This document shows positions 1 through 12,436 of a DNA stretch of 64,000 nucleotides, piece by piece. The number at the start of each line of letters is the position of its first letter. Position 1 is the first letter of the stretch. The notes under the pieces are model-generated. The model saw nothing but the letters and a program-made list of their open reading frames with translations, ran no database searches and had not been told where the DNA came from. The position numbers and the translations under genes were made by a program. Source of the DNA: Eutreptiella sp. 'Long Island Sound 2002' (taxonomy: Eukaryota > Protista > Euglenida); NCBI GenBank assembly GCA_964036045.1, contig OZ038379.1:16368001-16432000 (forward strand), written 5' to 3'.

Positions 1-22
1 ATTTGGGATCAGTTTCGATGTC

Positions 23-436
23 ATGAACTGGTTGCAGGATGCGGTTCTGTCGGGGCAATCATTCCGAGAATTTTGTTTCCAACTTGGTCGCCGCTACGAT
101 GAAGATGCCACACGATGCGAAATGCAGTTCAAGGAGTACAAGAAAAGGTTCCTGGCAAATGCAGCGTGCACAATTTCATTCACGGCAGATACCGAAATAT
201 TGAAAAGTATGCGGCATGTCCCCTCCGATGACACCCTACGAAGAGCGATGTTCGAACGGTTTTGGAAAGTGGAGCGCTTCTACCGCAGCCAAATGGCCAT
301 CCTTCCTGCTTGCCGGTTATCGGCTGATCACACCTTCAAAGTTGTGGTGAACGTGGGATACTGGGAACGTGTTCGCACGGGGACGGGCATGCGTTGGAAG
401 TGGAGACCGCAGTTGTGGACTTATTGGAAAGGATGA
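23..436 (+). pseudogene. Truncated transposase-like ORF fragment (DHTFKV motif; resembles DUF6729-associated DNA transposon proteins)
   Basis: ORF contains LSADHTFKVVVNVGYW...KW, which from memory resembles a conserved block in eukaryotic DNA-transposon ORFs. It ends abruptly and overlaps an S/T/P-rich ORF (369-911). Confidence 0.4.
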
Positions 437-1001
437 TGAGGAAGTCGATACGGTGGACAGTCAAGATGCGACCCAACCTGCCAAGACGGCAACCCCATCA
501 CAAAGACCGCCAACAACATCCGCTGCTTCTTCACCTTCTACCTCTTCAACATTAAGCAACCCATCACCACCATATCCAGCAATAACAAGTGTAGCGATGA
601 ATGTTCATGGTCCTCAACCCACCTTTACAGCTTCTCCTGCTTCTGCCAGACCTCCTCCAATGGCCCCACATGTGGCCCCTTCTCTGTCTGGGTTCAGCTC
701 TTTTGGCCAAGTGCCTCCAATGCTCAATGTAAATGACATGGTGGCACAACGTCTTCGGTATGAATTACAACAAGTGAATGCCGATATTCAACAATATACC
801 CAACATGCAACCTTTGCCGTGCTTTCTCCGCAGCAGCTGCAACATTGGAATGGCTTGGTGGAGCGTTCCGTGTTGTTGCATGCTCAACTCCAAAACATGG
901 GCTCCGGTTGAATGGGTGCGCATTTCCTTATTCCAATTGGTGCGAGTTTTGTTGTTTTCCATGTCTCTTCATAGGTGCCTTATTCATCTTATGCATAGAT
1001 T

Positions 1002-1410
1002 CAAGTCTTCCAATCAACTTGGAGGTGTCCCCTCCACGTTAGGGTAGGGTTAGGGCTAGGGTTAGGGCTAGGGTTAGGGCTAGGGTTAGGGTTGTCGTAC
1101 TATTTTTTGGCATTTGTCATTGGGGCGGGTTCATTCTTGGTGTTTTGGGGTGGCTACATGGTTACATCTACTCACTAGTCACTCTGTACCTCTTCATACA
1201 AGTCTTGCAATCAACTTGGAGGTGTCCCCTCCAGGTTAGGGTAGGGTTAGGGCTAGGGTTGGGGCTAGGGTTGGGGCTAGGGTTAGGGTTGTCAAACCAT
1301 TTTTCGCCATTTTTCATTGGGTCGGGTGCATTCTTGGTGTTTTGGGGTGGCTACATGGTTACATCTACTCATCTGTCACTCTGTACCTCTGCATGCATGT
1401 CTTGCAATGA
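1002..1410. repeat. ~197-bp tandem duplication, each unit with a telomere-like (TAGGGT/TAGGGC)n tract
   Basis: CAAGTCTT(C/G)CAATCAACTTGGAGGTGTCCCCTCC starts at 1002 and 1199. TTAGGG/CTAGGG tracts lie at ~1039-1092 and ~1234-1290, and the downstream sequence is also shared. Confidence 0.9.
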
Positions 1411-1538
1411 AAACCAAGGTGATTTGGTCTTTGTACGTTGGACAGGGGCGAATCTGTGCATTCGCCTCGGTCGCTTTTTTTAAAATTTTTTCTCTGTGAG
1501 GTCCAAGCCTTATCAAATTCCAATATGCATTTGTTAGC

Positions 1539-1830
1539 AGCCTGATTGGTCGAGCGGTCAGCATAGTTGCCTGCGGAGGGAGAGAGCGTTGGTTCGAACC
1601 TTGCCGGCGACTCCTCGTTTTGCGGCGGCGGCGCTTCCTTGGCACAGGCGCCGGCGATGGGAGAGAGCGGTGGTTCGAACCCTGCTGGCGGCTTATTGTT
1701 TTGCGGCGGCGGCGCGCGCGCTGTCAGCGCCCTTATTCCGGCGCCGCGGCGCCTTAAGTCGCCCTAAGGCGCCTTAAGGCGACGCAATGATTTCGTAGGT
1801 CGCCTTAGGGCGACGGCCCCCCCCAGGTGG
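1539..1830 (+). mobile_element. tRNA-derived SINE-like element with duplicated B-box unit
   Basis: A-box-like TGGTCGAGCGG (1547-1557) and B-box GGTTCGAACC (1591-1600). The B-box unit is repeated ~81 bp later (1672-1681). The cloverleaf stems pair poorly. A GC-rich palindromic tail (GTCGCCCTAAGGCG...GTCGCCTTAGGGCGAC) follows. Confidence 0.5.
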
Positions 1831-3498
1831 AGGTAATGCCCTACGAGCGGATGCTGAGTTTTGGCGATGAGCTAACGACCGCGTGCGCGGCGCCCTCCAC
1901 GAAATAAACTACTCAAGCAAAATTTGTTATTCGGAAGGCATGTCAGTTTTTTCTCAGGTGCCGAATGAAAATTCATTTGCTAGATGTGCTGTCGAACATC
2001 AATTGCTTTTTTACACGAAATCATCGGGATTGGGAAATCCGGAAATAATTCATCGCAAGAGTGCTGAATATCGAGACTTTTGTTAATACTTTGGGCTGTC
2101 TTGCAAGTCAATGAAGACACAAGGGGAGCCAACGAAGGTCCAACAATCAAAACACCAAAACAAGAGGGGTCAAGTTGTTGCAAAACCCAAAGAAGAAGCG
2201 TTAAACTAGCAAAAAAACTTACATGCTTCGTGCATTGCATCATCCATTGTTTCCCCACCCAGCTATTGAAGAGATTTTTGCGTTGTTTGCTTCGTGTACC
2301 GCTCACTAATGAGATGCAACCCTTGCAACCTCTACATGACAATTCGGGCTGGTGGCCCTTGTATGTGCCAACTCATCTACATGACCTTCTTCGTTAGAAC
2401 GTCCACGAGAGGGACCAAAATAACAAGGGGTTCCGACTGCAGCTACGGCTTGCTAATGTTTTCTACCTGTTGACGTGCTTCGCCTCTTAGGAAACTCAGC
2501 CATCGAGATGCAGCTACAGTAATTCTCGAATTCCGCCTGCGTGTTGGGCACGAACGTACCCTTTTGGCTCACCCTCTTTCACTGGAAGCGGTACGGCAGC
2601 GATAACCATTTTGGCCATTTTTTCACAAAAATCCACCCCGACGGGAGCAAAAGCCGGTGTGACAGTTGCTGCCGCTCGGTTGCGTCTGGCCGTGCTACTT
2701 ACACATCCAAGCATGCACAACACACAAGGGGATAACGAGGTTGAAAACTGTTGAAGATATTCCCAAAATTTGAACAAACCGGCCAAAAACTGCCGCGCCT
2801 AAGCATTATTACTCCCTACCAGGGTAGAGAAACAGTGCTCCGACGTGGATATTACAAGCAGCACCTGCAAGCAGTGCCCGATGACATAAGCAGCACCTCT
2901 ATTCCTAACAAGTTCGCAATGCTTACTGAGTTCGTGTTGAGGCAGCATACTGTGAAATTGGATCAATTTGTCACCATTTCTTCTTTTCTTTTCCATTTCT
3001 TTTTGTATTTTTTGTTTTTTCTATTTTTTTACTCTCGTTTTTTCCCTCTTTTTTTCCAACATTAATTCATAATGCATGTCCCCACAGGCTTCTCTAAACA
3101 ATGGCACAACACAAAGCACATCGTATCATCACCTCATACTCCCTGTTGACTCGGAAAGTTGCCCAACTGGGACATCAAGTCCTGTGAAGACATGGGAGGC
3201 ATTCTTGGGAAACTTGGCACTTGGGGTATCACACTCATGCCAAACGAATTTGGAAACATGCTGGTACCAAGCAATGTTAGCGGAATAGGCAGTAGAAAAC
3301 CGGGCGGAAACGGAGGAAGAATGCTCGAGCTCGAGCTTGAGCTGGAGCTGGAGTTGAAGCTATTGCTGGACGTGGCCATAGAGGTGGAGTTAGAAATCGG
3401 ATTGAAAAAAAAAAGTTGAGGATTGTTCATAGTTCAGTCGTGGGTGCAGACACGGAATCGAACCAACGACCGCCAAAACAAAAATCAGCAACGCTAAA

Positions 3499-3828
3499 TT
3501 GTCGCGCGTGTCTTGCTACATTTTAAGCAATGCTCGGCCTGGAAGTTGCGCGAAAAAACCGTGGCGCGCCAAGAGATTTCGTGCGGAGTTAGATCACTTG
3601 AAGGGTCGTCCCACACCCATTCCCCATCCCGAACACGCAGACCACTTTCTGTCTTATGCGGAGCATAGGGAGCAGCGTCTGAACGCTGACCCCGACACTC
3701 ACCAACCTTCTTTTGCCAAGTGCCCCGGCCGTTGCACTTTGTGCCGGTATGTCTTCAAGAGTGAAAATGACAAAGCGGTCCATAACCGCCTGAGGCACCC
3801 GAGGTCTGGGTCCCTCTTGAATGAGTAA
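3499..3828 (+). pseudogene. C-terminal fragment with a C2H2-like zinc finger, probably a decayed transposase
   Basis: PIPHPEHADHFLSY...DTHQPSF...CTLCRYVFKSENDKAVHNRLRH (C-x2-C-x12-H-x4-H). No intact upstream reading frame. Confidence 0.4.
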
Positions 3829-5349
3829 TCAATTGTGGTCTTTATCTGGTGCCTGTGTCTTTTGCTAGGGGGGTACACGGGTGCAGGAGGGAGTGTGGAG
3901 CCACCGACCTGTGTTGGAGGGAGGGAGGGAGGGTGGGGGGGGGGGGGTCCGGCCATTCCTATTCTCAACCGAAAATTCTCACATTGTCGCATATTCTCCC
4001 CCCAACAAGGTCTGATTCCAAATAAGCAACATTGCTTCTCTGCTGTGGTAGGGAGTACAGCAGCTAGTAGGTGACTCGACTGACCCTTCCAAATCCGATT
4101 GTCCCGAATCCGAATCCGAGATCAACCCCAAAATCAATCGCGTAGTGGTCGGAGTAATAAGACTCATATGTGTCCGACATTGGTTTTGTGAGGTTGGCTT
4201 CTATGCCTTCCATGCCTTCGCCTTTTGCGTTTTGAGGGGTTTCGGCGGTTTTTCGAAATTTTCGGGCCATGCACCTCGGCAACAGGGGAAGGGGGGTCTT
4301 CCGAACCCCGATCCACGATCGACGCCAACCCCAGGGGGTCCCCTGGGGGGGGGTTTCCGGGACCTCCGATCTGCCGTGGATCAGATTGCCTCCTCCACTC
4401 CGTGTTGGGCCCTGCGTGCCGCTATTGGGGGGGAGGGGGTCCAAGTGTTGAACGAGGTGTGCCGCGGTGTACCTACTCCGGATGGTTGGGTTGGGCTGCA
4501 TGGACTTTGTTGTCCTTGTGCACGAACATTCCTTTGCTTTTGGTTTGCGTACACGACGTTACCGAGCTTTGATCAATTCATCTTGCTTGCACTCTTTGCC
4601 TTGTCTTTGTGTAAGGTCACCGGTGAGGCGTTTTGTTCACGAGCACTATCATGCAGTGCGTGGGATGAGGTGCTTTTGAGGGGAAGGAACACAAAGGGGG
4701 AATAAGACGGCTTGTGCCGTGCCGTAGGCGACAACCCATAACCCATGTCAGAGTGTACTTGTTCGGCACCCGCAAAGACCTGTGATTCGTCAAACCATTG
4801 TCCGGGGGGGGGTTGGCGGCCACGGATTGGCGGACTCCCAGACGGGACGAAGGTGCAACGCAAGATTTGCGGTCGTGGTGTGACAAGCGAGGAACCTCAT
4901 GATTTGGAAGTTTGACTTGCACGGCCCATCTTTGTCAAAGTTGATGCCATGATGACAAACGGCAAGCTCGCACACATGAAACCCCATTTGAACACCATGT
5001 TTAAATTCGTGGTGTTTTTTTGTTGCGTTGCACTTTTTGATGCTACCATGGGGCGTTGGAAATATGTGAAAATGATTGCGAATTCGGTCACACCGGTGAA
5101 GGCAGCCTTGATGGACAAGTATGCACCCATAGACGAGATCCCAAGTGACCAAAAGGTATGCTACATGTCATAAGGCACCTACACGGTGCGCGCGGATGCC
5201 CACAATCACATCTTCGAATGGCACATTCGCCTTCGCCGCATGTCGCTATTACATTTCTTGATAATTCCTCGGTGTGGCCTACTGTTTGATTGCGGCTCTT
5301 TCAATTCAGGGGTCTTAAATTCCAAAAATGTATACTAACGAGAGAACCA

Positions 5350-6306
5350 TGCTGCGAATAAACGAACGATGTACCCCAATGGAATGGATTTGCTTAACCT
5401 AGAACATGTGTTAAGTCGTGGGCATAATAGGTTATAATCTAGTAGTTTCTTCTGCTTCGCGGAAGTAATTGTCATCGTAACCGACAGACTTTGTGGCAAT
5501 ATTGTAGTGCAGCTCCTTATTCAATTTGCGCAGGAGGCATTTTGCGAAGAAGTTGGCATGATATGTGATGCAAGACAACAAATACTCGTTATTGTCCGCG
5601 ACATGCATCCTATTGGTGTGTTCCAAGCGCACTTTGCATTTCGCTTATCGCGTTGCCTGGTATTGTTGCTGGCGCTCCTCTTCGTGTTTGACGTGCGACC
5701 ATGATCTCGTTCTTTTATCCCTAAGGTCCCTCCATCACCTCTATTTGTGTATGTGTTGGGTCCGAGCAAATAGGTGTGAAAAGATAACGTGGGAAAAAGT
5801 AAATGGGGGTAACGTCGGTGAATGAACGAGCATTTTGCGTTTTTGTTAGGAAACTTACTCGCACAAATTTTTGATTGGAGGAGAGGGCTAACGCAGGAAG
5901 CGAAGCTCAAGGACCTCGAGGTATTTGCCCGCCGTGCCTCATCTTTAAGGCTTGCTTGGACTCGGCCACCTAGGGAACCCTACCCACGGACATAGGCATA
6001 AAGGAACCTACCTTCCACTGCAACCCGGGGGACTCCTCGCCACCGTCCGACACCCGGCTACTGGATTGTTGGTCACCGAACACACGGTCCATGCTCCGCT
6101 CCCTTACTCCCAATTTGTTCAAAAAATGTGCGTTTTACAGGTTTGATAAACAAGGTTTCGTGAGAAATGTACGCGCGGTTGCAAACCTCTTCTCGAAAAA
6201 ACAGTACCCCAACTCTTGGTGGAAGCCGTGCTTCATGGCGAAGTGTGCGGGAGTCGACTTGTTGACGGAAGCACGTATTGCCATGGCGACCGTCCTAAAG
6301 AGCTAA
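5350..6306 (+). mobile_element. Degenerate Penelope-like (PLE) reverse transcriptase remnant
   Basis: Motif-like blocks occur in the expected order across stops and frameshifts: TMYPN (5365), PPSPLFVYV (~5728), W-G*RR*MNEHF (decayed RYxDD position), LRLAWT...TDIGI, DTRLLDCWSP, FVRNVRAVANLFSKKQYP (thumb-like). Confidence 0.4.
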
Positions 6307-7185
6307 CATGGGAACTAATCTCGAGGTTGGTGTAACCCAGGCGGCCCGGTCAAAAAATGACTTTCCCAGAAAGGTGATCACCAGCGGGCCATGAAACATG
6401 CAATGTGCATATGCCGTGTATCACACGTGTGTGCCAATGCGAGTGTCACCCCATTGCTCCATCACGCTTTCGTCTACTCTGCAGCAAGGCCAAGGCCTAG
6501 TGGTTTCTGCTTGAATTGTGTACCGCTGCATGTCTGCTGGTTTTGGGCGCTCCGTATAGTGTTCACTCCCTCAATTCATCCTGTGGTCCAATAAAAAGCA
6601 CAACCCGGTCACCACCCGTCGAAGCAGAGTAGTGGGAAAATCGGACTAACAAGACACCTTCAATTGCAATGGACACCGAGATGCAGGGCAAATGCGCTCA
6701 AGTGTGCGGCTTCGGTGATACCACAATGGTGGAGTCTTGCAATTGGAGGATATGATTGGAGAGAGCAAATCTCCAACTTTTTCAAACGCTTTCGACTAGG
6801 ACCCCAATTTGGTTGCAACACAAGTAGCGATGGTGGAATGTGTTGTGCATTACCCGAGAGCAAGCGTCTAGGGTGTTTCGTTGCTGAAATGTTGCATTCG
6901 TGTGCGCGCCGATCGCTAGAACGCGGTGAACCAGTGGGCAACTATTGTGTACCAAATGTTGGGGTTGGTGAGGTGGGCCATCCCGCAACATGTGGGGGCA
7001 TGTGGACTGCGGCTGCAACCATGTGGTTTACGTCCGGAGGAAGATGGTATGCGAACGCAAGGATTGGACTGCTCTCGGCAGCTTTACAATGCATGCCTTC
7101 GGTTGTTTTCAGAAACGCGATTGTGCAAGGAAATTGAAGTCCGTTGATCGGGCCAATGTCCAGGCCACACTAGCTGCATTGCTTT

Positions 7186-7500
7186 ATGGGGTATGGCTTT
7201 TTTGTGCTGCTGTGGGTTGGGGCCAGTGTACGATGTACCATGTGCGAAAGCGGTGTTGCGGTTCCACGGCCGGGGGGGAAAGCGCAGTGCCACGGTGGCG
7301 GCGTGGATGGTGGTGATGTGTACACAGCGATGTGCGGTGGTTGCAGGTGGCTAAAGTGCAAGAAGTGGCCCGTTGCACAATGTTAATGTGTGCAAGGAAA
7401 TTGCTTCCATGACAATGTGCGACAACGACCGGAGGTTTTGGGTTTGCAGTGTCCATGTTGCCGGGCCTCTTTTACATTTCTCGCCCGCTTAAGCTCGTCC
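7186..7500 (+). pseudogene. Decayed Cys-rich RING/PHD-like domain
   Basis: CTMC...CGGCRWLKC...C*CVQGNCFH...LQCPCCRASF in one frame, split by a single TAA at 7384-7386. Confidence 0.3.
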
Positions 7501-9163
7501 CGCGTTCAAACCCTGTTGTCCCCCCCCCCCCCGCCCGTTTTCGGCCACGCCGGTAGTGCATGGTTTCTTTTATCCGACACTGACTGGAAATTACCGACTG
7601 TGATTTTGACTAACTGTAGTCACACATGGTTCCATTTTCTGTTTCAGACACAGTGTGTGTCTTGAGGTTTAACCAGATAAAGATGCATTCATGCCTGACT
7701 ATGGAGTGCATTACCTGTGGTTTGCATTCGTCTGTTTTTTAATTAGGTCTCCACCCCCCCCCCCCCCCGTTGGGGCCACCCATGAATAGTGTGTGCTTGG
7801 GCAAAACACGCGATCAGTTGCAAGCAAACGCTCAAACAACGCTTTCGCCACCATGGTGTGAATGGTGCATTCGCTTTGCAAGGAATCGTTGTCTCAACCG
7901 TAGAGGGAAGGACACAGATTGCAGCACAACGCTGTTCGCCCTGTGATTGGTTGCTGTTTCGCATTGCGAGTTGCATTTTGCACGTTGTTTTAGGTGCTCG
8001 GTTTGGCTGGAGCAAGTTGCATTCATTTCCGGCATCTTCGCTATAAATGGAACTGGTTGAGACTGTGCACAATGCTTGCTGCCGGTTGTGGCCTGGTAAG
8101 CCGGTCAGAGTTCATCATCGCATTCGCAATCGGCCTCATGATCGTTTGGATGTTTTCGAATATGATTGAACATGCATTCAGTGTGCGTGCACGATTGCGA
8201 GCAGAACTGCCAACAGGCGAGATCCATGGTGGCAAGCGCAGTTGATTGGTGCAAAGCACAGCAACTTTCCAGCACCTCATTTCTCATGTGTCTACTGCTC
8301 TGAATCGTAGTTGCATTGAGTGATTCAGGAAGATAACCCCAAGGCACTGGGCTTTTGAGGCGGCTTTGTTGTGGTCCGTGTCGTGGATGCGCGGTCGTTT
8401 ATTCTTCACGTGCTGAGGCCTGTGGACAGGGGGCGTTCCGCGAGATTGCTTTCTGGTTTTGAAGGAGACGACTAACCCGATTTCCAGCGAAATGGAGTTT
8501 CTATTCGAAAAAAGAAAGCCCCCAAAGCTCCTGTGGAATAGTGATCCCCATGCCGCGTTTTGCTATCCGTATGCACTCAATTGCGATACTCCTCCACCAG
8601 CCCATTACCCCGTTTTGAAACATCAAATCCCGCACTTTAAGCTTCGGTAGTTCGTCGCGGGTGGCCTGCTCGGGAACTGCCATGGATTGTAGCAGTGCGT
8701 CACTGCACCAAGACGCAAGCGTGTTCTCTATTTAAGCCCGGTGTAGCTTCTGCGTGGGCAGCAGCAGTTTCTCGTGACAAGCAGGACAAAGTGCAGGACT
8801 CGAAAGGACACGGGGAGGAAGGCTCCATGGTTTGTGAGGGTTGTCCCGCGAGGATAGCTCCTTGGAGGGAATTTTTGGGCTGCTACAGCTCTCCTACCTG
8901 CATTCGGAATCCTCCCCCAGTTTCAGCTCTACCGTGCTGATATGCAGGCGGTTCGATGAATTCTAGCGAAATGCCACAAAACCGCTTTATGGGCAACTGT
9001 TTTAGATGTTGGTCAATGATGCCTAAATGCTCCCAGTGCCCTTTGAACGTGTAAGCCCCAGGCTGGCGGTTACAGGCCAAGTGCTGGCGGTTACAAACCG
9101 CTGGTGCTTACGGGTTAAATGTCAGTCAGCCACAAACCACCGTCGGTTGGCCACCATCTTCTG

Positions 9164-9895
9164 TCAGATAACTACCAACGACTTTCTTTGCCGGGGGTCG
9201 GGGTCCCCTTTGCCCCCCTTACCTTTCCCCCCGTGTCCCCCTTTCCCCTTCCCCTTCCCTTTCCCTTTTTCCGGGTGTGGGGCTGGGTGTGGGACTGGGT
9301 GTGAGATTGAGTGTGGGGCTTTGTGTGGGGCTGGACGTGGGATTGGGGCCCCAATGTCCCATGCCCAGCGGTGGTGAGGTGCCTTGAGCCAGTTGTGGAG
9401 CGTCTCGGCGGTGTGGGGGTGGGCGAGGCCTTGGGTGGCCTCGTTCAGGAGGGTGCCAGTGGTCACGGGGCATGCTTGCAGGGGGAGGGGTGGATGTGAT
9501 GGCGGGGTTTGCTGGGGTGCGGGCCCGGATCTCGTCCATGGTGTGGAAGCGGGCCAGGCCCCCTCTGTCCGCCCCACCCGCCCACCGCACCCACCTCTGC
9601 AGTTCCCGGAGGGCATCCACTGGCCACCGGGTGAGGTCGGCGGGCGGGGGGAGCCAGCGGGGGGACTCGGGGGACATGGGGCGTCGGTGGCGGGGGGCCG
9701 GGGGGCTGGAACCCTGGCGCTGGAGATGGCGGTGGGCGGCGTGGCGGCGGCGGTCTTCTTCAGGGGACGCAGGGGAGCTGTGGTGCTGGGGTTGTTGGCG
9801 GGTGGTGCGTTGGCGGGGATCCTCCGTCGGTTGACCAGTCAGCCGCGCCAATCGCCGCCGTTTGACTGCCAATTCGGCCCAAGTTTTTTTTGAGC
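9164..9895 (-). mobile_element. GC-rich ORF1/gag-like low-complexity region with (KG)n repeat
   Basis: Overlapping minus-strand ORFs 9219-10004 and 9164-9616 are P/R/H-rich and end in KGKGKGKGGHGGKGKGGKG. The region starts right after an A8 tract on the minus strand (9883-9891). Confidence 0.3.
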
Positions 9896-10038
9896 CCAAA
9901 GAATCACGCGACCCGACATTTTCCGGTTTTTTCCCCGAACGAAAGCAGAAGAGAGCACCTGAAAGCAACTGACTTGAAGCACTGCTACAGCTGCCTCCAC
10001 ACATACCCGTATCCGTACCCCAACCGCAGAAGGGCGCT

Positions 10039-12436
10039 TTACAGGGCCCATGTTGTTAACGTGTCCCTCAATCCCACACCTTGACCTGAGTCCCTGCATA
10101 GAATTTCTTCCACTGGTTGTCTTACAGAGCCCTGAACAGCTACTCCCCCCCTTTTCCCAGGCAGACTCCGCCTGGCCGAGACGTTAGAGCACATGCGTCC
10201 TACACCCGCGGTTCCGGGTTCGTATCCCAAGGTTCGAAGGTTGCACTCGACGGGCGCCGCGAGTAAAGCAACGCAGGGGGTTTGGGGAGAACCGCTTTCA
10301 GCCCTGGGCCAACCACTGTGCACTGGGACGATCTGCATGAGACGCTCTGGGGCTGGTGCGCAAATTGCATCGCCCTCTGTGTGGCCTGCTGACGCTGGGC
10401 CGTCTGCGCTCCTGAACCCCACCCCCCCCGCTTTCCATCCCAGCCTCAGCAGAGGGATAACTGTCCCACTCTCACCCACCAAAAACACTCTTCTCCAGTG
10501 GTTTGAGACATGCAGCGTCAACACTTTCCTCCTGAACACCCAAACCAGTGCGAACACCCGCAAGTACCAACCGGCACACTTTGAGCCTTCACGGCGCCCC
10601 CCGCCTGGTCTCGCCCTCCAGGGCTGAGCCTGACTACCGGATTTGGCACCCCTCTTCATAGCCCGATGCACAGCAGAGCGGGAACCCAGGGCCTCGTCCT
10701 CAGCCGACGGCGGTGCACTGGGATTGTGAATGGGGGTCGTCCCGCTATCTGCAGGCTCTGCGTGATATTGGGTGCATCGGTGCGGGGGGTGCACTCCTTC
10801 CTTGGGGCTGTGCCGTTTGGCGGCTGCATGTCGGCATACCGCACGCTGCACATGAGGAGAGGAGGGGGGTGCGTGTCTGTAACCGAATGTAACCTCTGCT
10901 TCTGCATTCCCTCCACTATGAGCCCCGGCTGCAGTCTTTTGTTTCCTTTGCCCAGTTCCCATTTCATTCCATTTCATTGCCCCCGCTTTGCACTGGCACC
11001 TCAGGTTCGCCCAGGCTAAAGCTGTACATGCAGAGTGTGCGTGTGTGACTGCTTTTGCAGAAGTCGCTGGGGTTGGATCTGCCGCCGGCAGGCGAAGGTG
11101 TCTTGGACTGTTCAGCCACCCACAACTTGATGTCACGTACCGTAGGCCACTCCACCGCGGTGCGTCAAGTTGAGTGGAACATCAAGCTCATAGCCATGGG
11201 CCAGCAATGACTCCAATCTGTAGCGGTAAAGAAATGCAGCTCCTGAACGCAAAGAAATCAATTTCATACGAGTGCATGTAATTCCGAAGGCTCACATAGC
11301 GCTTCTTCATGAGATGTTCCAGCTTTATGACTGTCTGTAATCCATTGAAATTGTGTGACAACTTCTGAGCGTGCTGCTCACAGGTGCAAACCCATGCGGA
11401 CACCTGAACCATTGATGTGGTGTGCCAGATTAGCATGTAGCGCCAAACATGACCAATTGCCTTCTGTGACCCCAGGGGTCAGTCCCAGTCCCCAGGAGGT
11501 TCGCAGGTTTCATACAACCAGGGCAGAGATAATGCCGGATGCATGTGCTTTGCTTGAGGGAGGCTAGACAACGGTGTGTGAGGCTCACCAGAACGCGAGG
11601 ATGCAGCAAACCAGGGGACCGAACTGGGAATGGATTGTGTCCCACCTGATCCCTGAACAATGGGCAGGGGCCTCTGCATCGGTAACCCAGCAGTTGGACG
11701 GCATTCAGCAAGCAACTCGATCAGAAAGAGCATGAACAGACCCCTTGCTGCCGAAGACAGCATATGCCGCTGTGGAGCTGAGACAGGCTGTGCGCACAGA
11801 AGAGGAATGGCTGATATCAATAATCCGCTGGCTGCACAACAAATGGGGACGGTGCCCCCCCCTCCAGACGCACACGGTCTGGAGGCACCCCAGTTGGGGA
11901 TTGTTCTGTGTGGCGGGGACCGTTGCTGCGGGGCGCAAAGGGCAATTGTTGGCCCATCTGCCACACCTGGTTGCCTGTGACCGGTGATGCCATCCCAGGT
12001 GCATGTGGACAGCATGATTAGGAGGCCCATTGCCTTTCTCAGGCGTTGTTGCAGCCTGTTTTCATGAGGAAGCTTTTCTGCCTCTCCTCTGCCCCTTCGA
12101 CCGCCCCTGGTGCTTCCTGGGCTGTGGCAAAAGAACTGTGAGCAACGAATTCCTGATGGCAAACAGCCATGGCCCATGAAGCGCACTCAACACACGGCAG
12201 GGACAGCAAGAAAAAAGAGCATTTAGAACCGCAACATCCTCCCAGCAGACCAGCAGACAGCTAATGAAGATCTCTGCATCTTTCCCTGTCCAGTCTAAGG
12301 GATGCTTCAAGGATGGAGATTGAAGCACACAAAGCGTTGTGAGAATTGCAGCCTGTTTACCATACATGCGCGATTGATATGGTGTGATCAAGCACCGACA
12401 AGGAAGAGGCATATGCAGGCACTGAGTGACTGGCAA
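10039..12436 (-). mobile_element. Possible highly degenerate non-LTR retrotransposon RT region
   Basis: Scattered motif-like pieces on the minus strand: GSGVRMG...AARS / TVIKLEHL (RT domain-3-like), VRYAD (~10830), LRLGWKAGGVGFRS (thumb GGLG-like, ~10440). Many stops and frameshifts. Confidence 0.25.

Noticed and set aside
3445-3520. Possible tRNA on the minus strand (GGTTCGATTCC B box)
   Set aside because: T and acceptor stems pair poorly and the anticodon loop is 8 nt; at most a decayed tRNA-derived repeat.
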